Part shown: in pieces, positions 60,356 to 64,000 of the stretch
Position numbering within the stretch: the first letter of the stretch is position 1
Layout of the letters: each line of letters begins with the position of its first letter
Assembly: GCA_024137785.1 (NCBI GenBank)
Contig: JAHRHZ010000013.1
Coordinates: 58,418,051 to 58,482,050 of the forward strand
Direction of reading: 5' to 3'
Source of the DNA: Ginglymostoma cirratum
Lineage: Eukaryota
DNA: 64,000 bases
Notes under the pieces: model-generated
The model's input: only the letters and a program-made list of their open reading frames with translations
Told to the model about the DNA's origin: nothing
The model's database searches: none
Program-made: the position numbers and the translations under genes

Positions 60356-62479
60356 ATTTTAATTTGTTCTGATTTGGGTGTTACTAAGCAATTTAATTGT
60401 TCCAACCCGCATGTAGGGGAACTTTCCAGGGTGTGTACCCTCCTGTGTACTGCTCTGAAGGTTTTCCTCCTCAAGTCAGGCCTTGTAGGACTCCTTTGCT
60501 GTCCCGAGTCCACATACCAGCAGCAACTACAATGGCTCACCAGCCCAAATCCTAAAGAGCCGTTTAGTCGCTTGGCCGAGGCTTGTCTTTGTTGTGGGGT
60601 TCTGCGTTGGGTTGGCCTAGGTACCCTCTGCCCAGGATATGCCCTGCATGAGGCTCTGTGATTGCCTACACTCAAGTGGTATTTCCCAAGCTCAGTTGGA
60701 CAGATGAAGGTGTCCACTTCCATTGGAATGCCCTGTAGCTCCCATGCTTCAGTTTCAGCATTTTGTAATGATAAGGCCAGCTGCAGTGCTTGTTTGAAAT
60801 CCAGTTAGACTTCAACCACGAGGCACTTCTCCATGATTATGTCATTAATCCCATATACCAAATGGTTCCTCAGCATTTCATTCAGGGTTAACCCAAAATC
60901 ACATGACTACCAGTCATAGTAAACTCATCAAGAATCTTGATACAGATTACCCCGGCTCTCTGCAAGCCAAATAAAATCGATAGCTTCTCAGGATTAGGGG
61001 AGGTTTTGGGAACATAATTTTCCCTAACCAACTCTGTCAACTCCTGGGAGGTTTTCATGTCTGGTGACTGTGGGAAAGTTAAGCCCCTTATAACTAAAAA
61101 TGCTGCAGGTCCACATGCAATTAGAAGGACTACTCGTTGCTTTTCATCTGCCCCAATTTCATTTGCCCAGAAAAAGTATCGTATTCTTTCCACATACTGG
61201 GCCCAGACTTTGACAGTAGGATCAAATTAGTCAGGCTTCCCAACTAGAGGCATGATGCCAGAAATGCTTACCCCAATTCCAAGATGACAGTTGCAAACGA
61301 ATCTTGTTCAGGCACATCTTGTTTTCTCCCATTACCACTGAAATAACTGCACAGAGGCCAGATGCCATCACTAAGTCACCCTCCATGCCAGCTTGGAATC
61401 AGTCGTCAACTGAGGAGTTTCTAATCCCCTAGTTTTATTTTTTTTCTCAGTGCACTGGCTGTGGCCGATCAGCTCAGAGTCGGTCGCCTGAACTGATGAG
61501 ATTCCAATCTCCTGGTTATATTGGTCAGCCCAGGGCTTTCCTGTTTGGCCCAGGTTAACAACCCCGATCAAATATCTCACAGTTAACAAGGTCTACCTGG
61601 TCCCAATCACTACAGGGATCTTCCTTCTCTTACTTCTATTCTGAAGCTATGGTGCTGTCCGAAATACCTTATACAAGGAGAATATTTAACATGTTACATT
61701 CTTAGCCCCTAGTTCTTGTTATCAATTTTGGAGGCAGGAGAGAAAATGGAAAATAAATTGGTGTTCATTAACTGAAAACTGGCTCCAAAATGTTTTTCAG
61801 CCAATTTAGTCAGAGACAGTATCACTGCAGACATTACCACATCAATTTTGATGGGGTTAGTTTTGCATTAACGGGATGAGCAATCTTGCCCATGTCAGCA
61901 CTGAGATTACACCTGAAGGAGATTACTCACCCATTGCACAATGTTACCTTACAATTGAAATATCCCCACTCCCATCAATGAAATGCGCAGGAGAATAGAT
62001 TCAGTAAACTTATAAAATCACTGTTTTAAGGCACTGAAAGGCACTATATGCAAGCAAGTTTTTTTCTTCTTTTGCTTTGTGTAAAATAGGGAATCTTCAT
62101 AATATTGTATCTGGTAGCTGCTACACCTTTAATCTTAGTTTTTAGCTGAATTTCGAGGTAAAATGTATGAAGAGTACTGTTAATGTGCCAGCCACTGCGC
62201 AATGGTCACATTGCACAGAAGCTGTTCCAATTTCGACTTGGAGAGTAGGTAATCTTTGATCTCTGTGCAATTCAGATTCTCTGAACTGCAGTTTTTGAAA
62301 CTCTTCACTCTAATTATGTTTCTTTGTTGGAAAGTAGACTCATTCATGATGCCAAAAAAGCAGCAGATTTTTGGATTTAAAGAGTAGAATCTTGCAGGAT
62401 TCTGAGCAATATTAAGGTTAAGGTGAGACATGTGGCAGAACCAGAAGGGAAGCCCTATTGTGATGTCTTTACTGCTTCC

Positions 62480-63790
62480 AACAAGTGACAAGGCAAATAT
62501 GTCGCGAGACAATGGCAAGTTGCCGACTAAAGGGGATTATTGCTTGTTAATCACCTCGTTGGTGGTCCAACTTGACTCATTCCTGTTGAGCTTCTTATCC
62601 TGACCAACTGTAGTAAACATGCTAGACACCAAGAACCCTTGATATGGAAATCAGCTGGATTCAGCTCACTGCTTGCTCTGTAGCAACTCCACATTGGACA
62701 CCAGGCACTGGAGCATGCATCATGGGCACCAGGCAACACCAGCCTACATTCACAGACATTGGCTTCCAAAATGTGCCAGCCTTAAGAACCCTTGTGGCAC
62801 ATATCCGCCCCACTTGCTTAAATGCTTCTGCATTTCAATATGGCACCTCAGGATGCAAATGACAACTATTATTATATTGCTGTTGGAAGATACTATGCAC
62901 TCAAGCAATGCTCCCAATCATGGACTGGACCATGCTGCATCTCTGAGCTCTTTTCTCACCGTCTTACACTCACTCGCTCTGAGCCTACCCAGGATGCCAA
63001 CCGCATCCCTTCCTTGCCTTTACCTTTTTGAGCTTTGCACCTCAAGCAGAGACATGAGGAGCTTATTATTTCTGTATTGCCTTGCCACTGAGCACAGACA
63101 CAAAGCCAGGAAACCTGTCGTGGTTGTCAGCAGGTCTCAGTAGTCAAGTGGGATTGCCTTTGGTAATGGGGTTCCAGTACAATAAGTCAATAGCAGCCTC
63201 CGAGGCTAGTCCACGGCTTGCAGTGACTCGGGATGTTCAGAGAGAAGATGCTCCCCACTTAAGGGCTGAGGAGCTGAATGACAGGTAGTCCATCACCTGT
63301 CTTGAGTCTTTCAGATCTATCAGATGGTGCCTTCCTCCTAGAATGAGTGAGCAGTAGATATAATGGATGATGAAACTGGGTGTCAGAGTTATTACTTCTG
63401 GTGTAAGTACAGCAGTATCTTGAGTGAATGAGTAGGCAGTGTAGAGGGGGTGTAGGGTTAATGATGTCAGGCATTGGGGTGGGTGACAGCGAGTGAGTGA
63501 AGTTGTTGTAGGCCATAGTGAAGTGGCAGAGCATGAGTCTTGATGGGCGGTGGCTAATAGTATTAGAGATAGTGAGGGTGAGGTGGTGGAGAGAAACATG
63601 TGGTCACTCAGCTGATAGAGTAGAGAAGGTCATTAGCTTTCTTCTTGCAGTGCTGGGCATTCCTTCAGATGGTTGGGCTGGGCTGGGTGGTGAGCTGGGT
63701 GACAACCTTGGACAAAGCTGGCAAGGTCTTGTGTTATGGCTTCCATGGCTGGTTCGGCAGGAGGAGGGAGACTTGTATCAGCACCACCTT
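62480..63790 (-). mobile_element. Decayed Harbinger-type derivative with Myb/SANT-like remnant
   Basis: Minus strand near 63620-63740 reads TLPALSKVVTQL...RNAQHCKKKANDLL; shares ttggacacc.ggca, catgggcaccag and aatgacaa.tat.attata blocks with the reverse complement of 1570-1770. Confidence 0.55.
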
Positions 63791-63814
63791 TTCAGCGGGT
63801 CCTCCAGAAGTCAT

Positions 63815-63945
63815 AAAGCCATAAAACATAGAAGCAGAATTAGTCCATTCAGCTCATCCAGTATGGACTGCCATTTGATCATGGGTGATAATTTTTCAAT
63901 CACATTATCCTGCCTTCTCTCTGTAACTCTTGATCCCCTCACTAT
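63815..63945 (-). mobile_element. CR1 3' tail fragment
   Basis: cataaaacatagaagcagaattagtccattcagctcatc matches the reverse complement of other CR1 tails in the window. Confidence 0.7.
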
Positions 63946-64000
63946 TCTGTGGTGCTTATTTCCCCCTGTCTGCCATGTCTGGGGCAAATATCAGGGCAGG

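Larger units (their letters stand above)
56717..61614 (-). mobile_element. Ty3/Gypsy LTR retrotransposon, two LTRs, decayed gag-pol
   Basis: LTRs 61339-61614 (5') and 56717-56941 (3'), both TGTAGTG...CA on minus. PBS-like TGGTAATGGGAG after the 5' LTR; PPT GGGAGGGAA before the 3' LTR; flanks tggat/gggat. Domain order gag (ERIRYFFWANEI), PR, RT (LCGDFKQTVN), RNaseH (YSQIEKEGL..TDHKPL..ANADALS), IN (RLHVDHAGPF; ERMVQTLK). Confidence 0.95.
11905..64000 (+). other. Intron 1 of the channel gene (runs past the window end)
   Basis: Donor at 11905. No sequence encoding the expected exon 2 (SNF.L.NAQ...FP.VYCSDGFC) was found by eye or in the ORF track. Confidence 0.75.

Overview
Eukaryotic, repeat-rich vertebrate DNA. 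The repeat content (HE1/V-SINEs, CR1/HER-type LINEs, short Penelope-like elements) points to a shark; this is inference. One host gene is visible: the 76-bp first coding exon of an Elk-subfamily potassium channel ([25 protein letters not shown], 11829-11904, + strand, GTAAGT donor), which the ORF track misses. It is most likely KCNH8; KCNH4 is not excluded. Everything downstream (>52 kb) appears to be intron 1. The window is packed with decayed CR1, L2 and RTE LINEs, several tRNA-SINE families, Harbinger-type Myb/SANT remnants, a solo LTR and a 4.9-kb two-LTR Gypsy fossil. The main unexplained signals are: (1) roughly 17 short, recent, TSD-flanked insertions, often as inverted pairs, many carrying a minimal type-I hammerhead ribozyme core (CUGANGA-A-stem II-GAAA-CG-UH), consistent with Penelope-like pLTR derivatives; (2) a 299-bp inverted duplication whose inner 162 bp are identical; (3) a 235-bp nested palindrome; (4) a templated copy of the PPT/LTR junction inside Gypsy pol, with a fold-back palindrome at the junction; (5) an out-of-frame uORF overlapping the channel start codon. 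All alignments were done by eye and TE boundaries are approximate.
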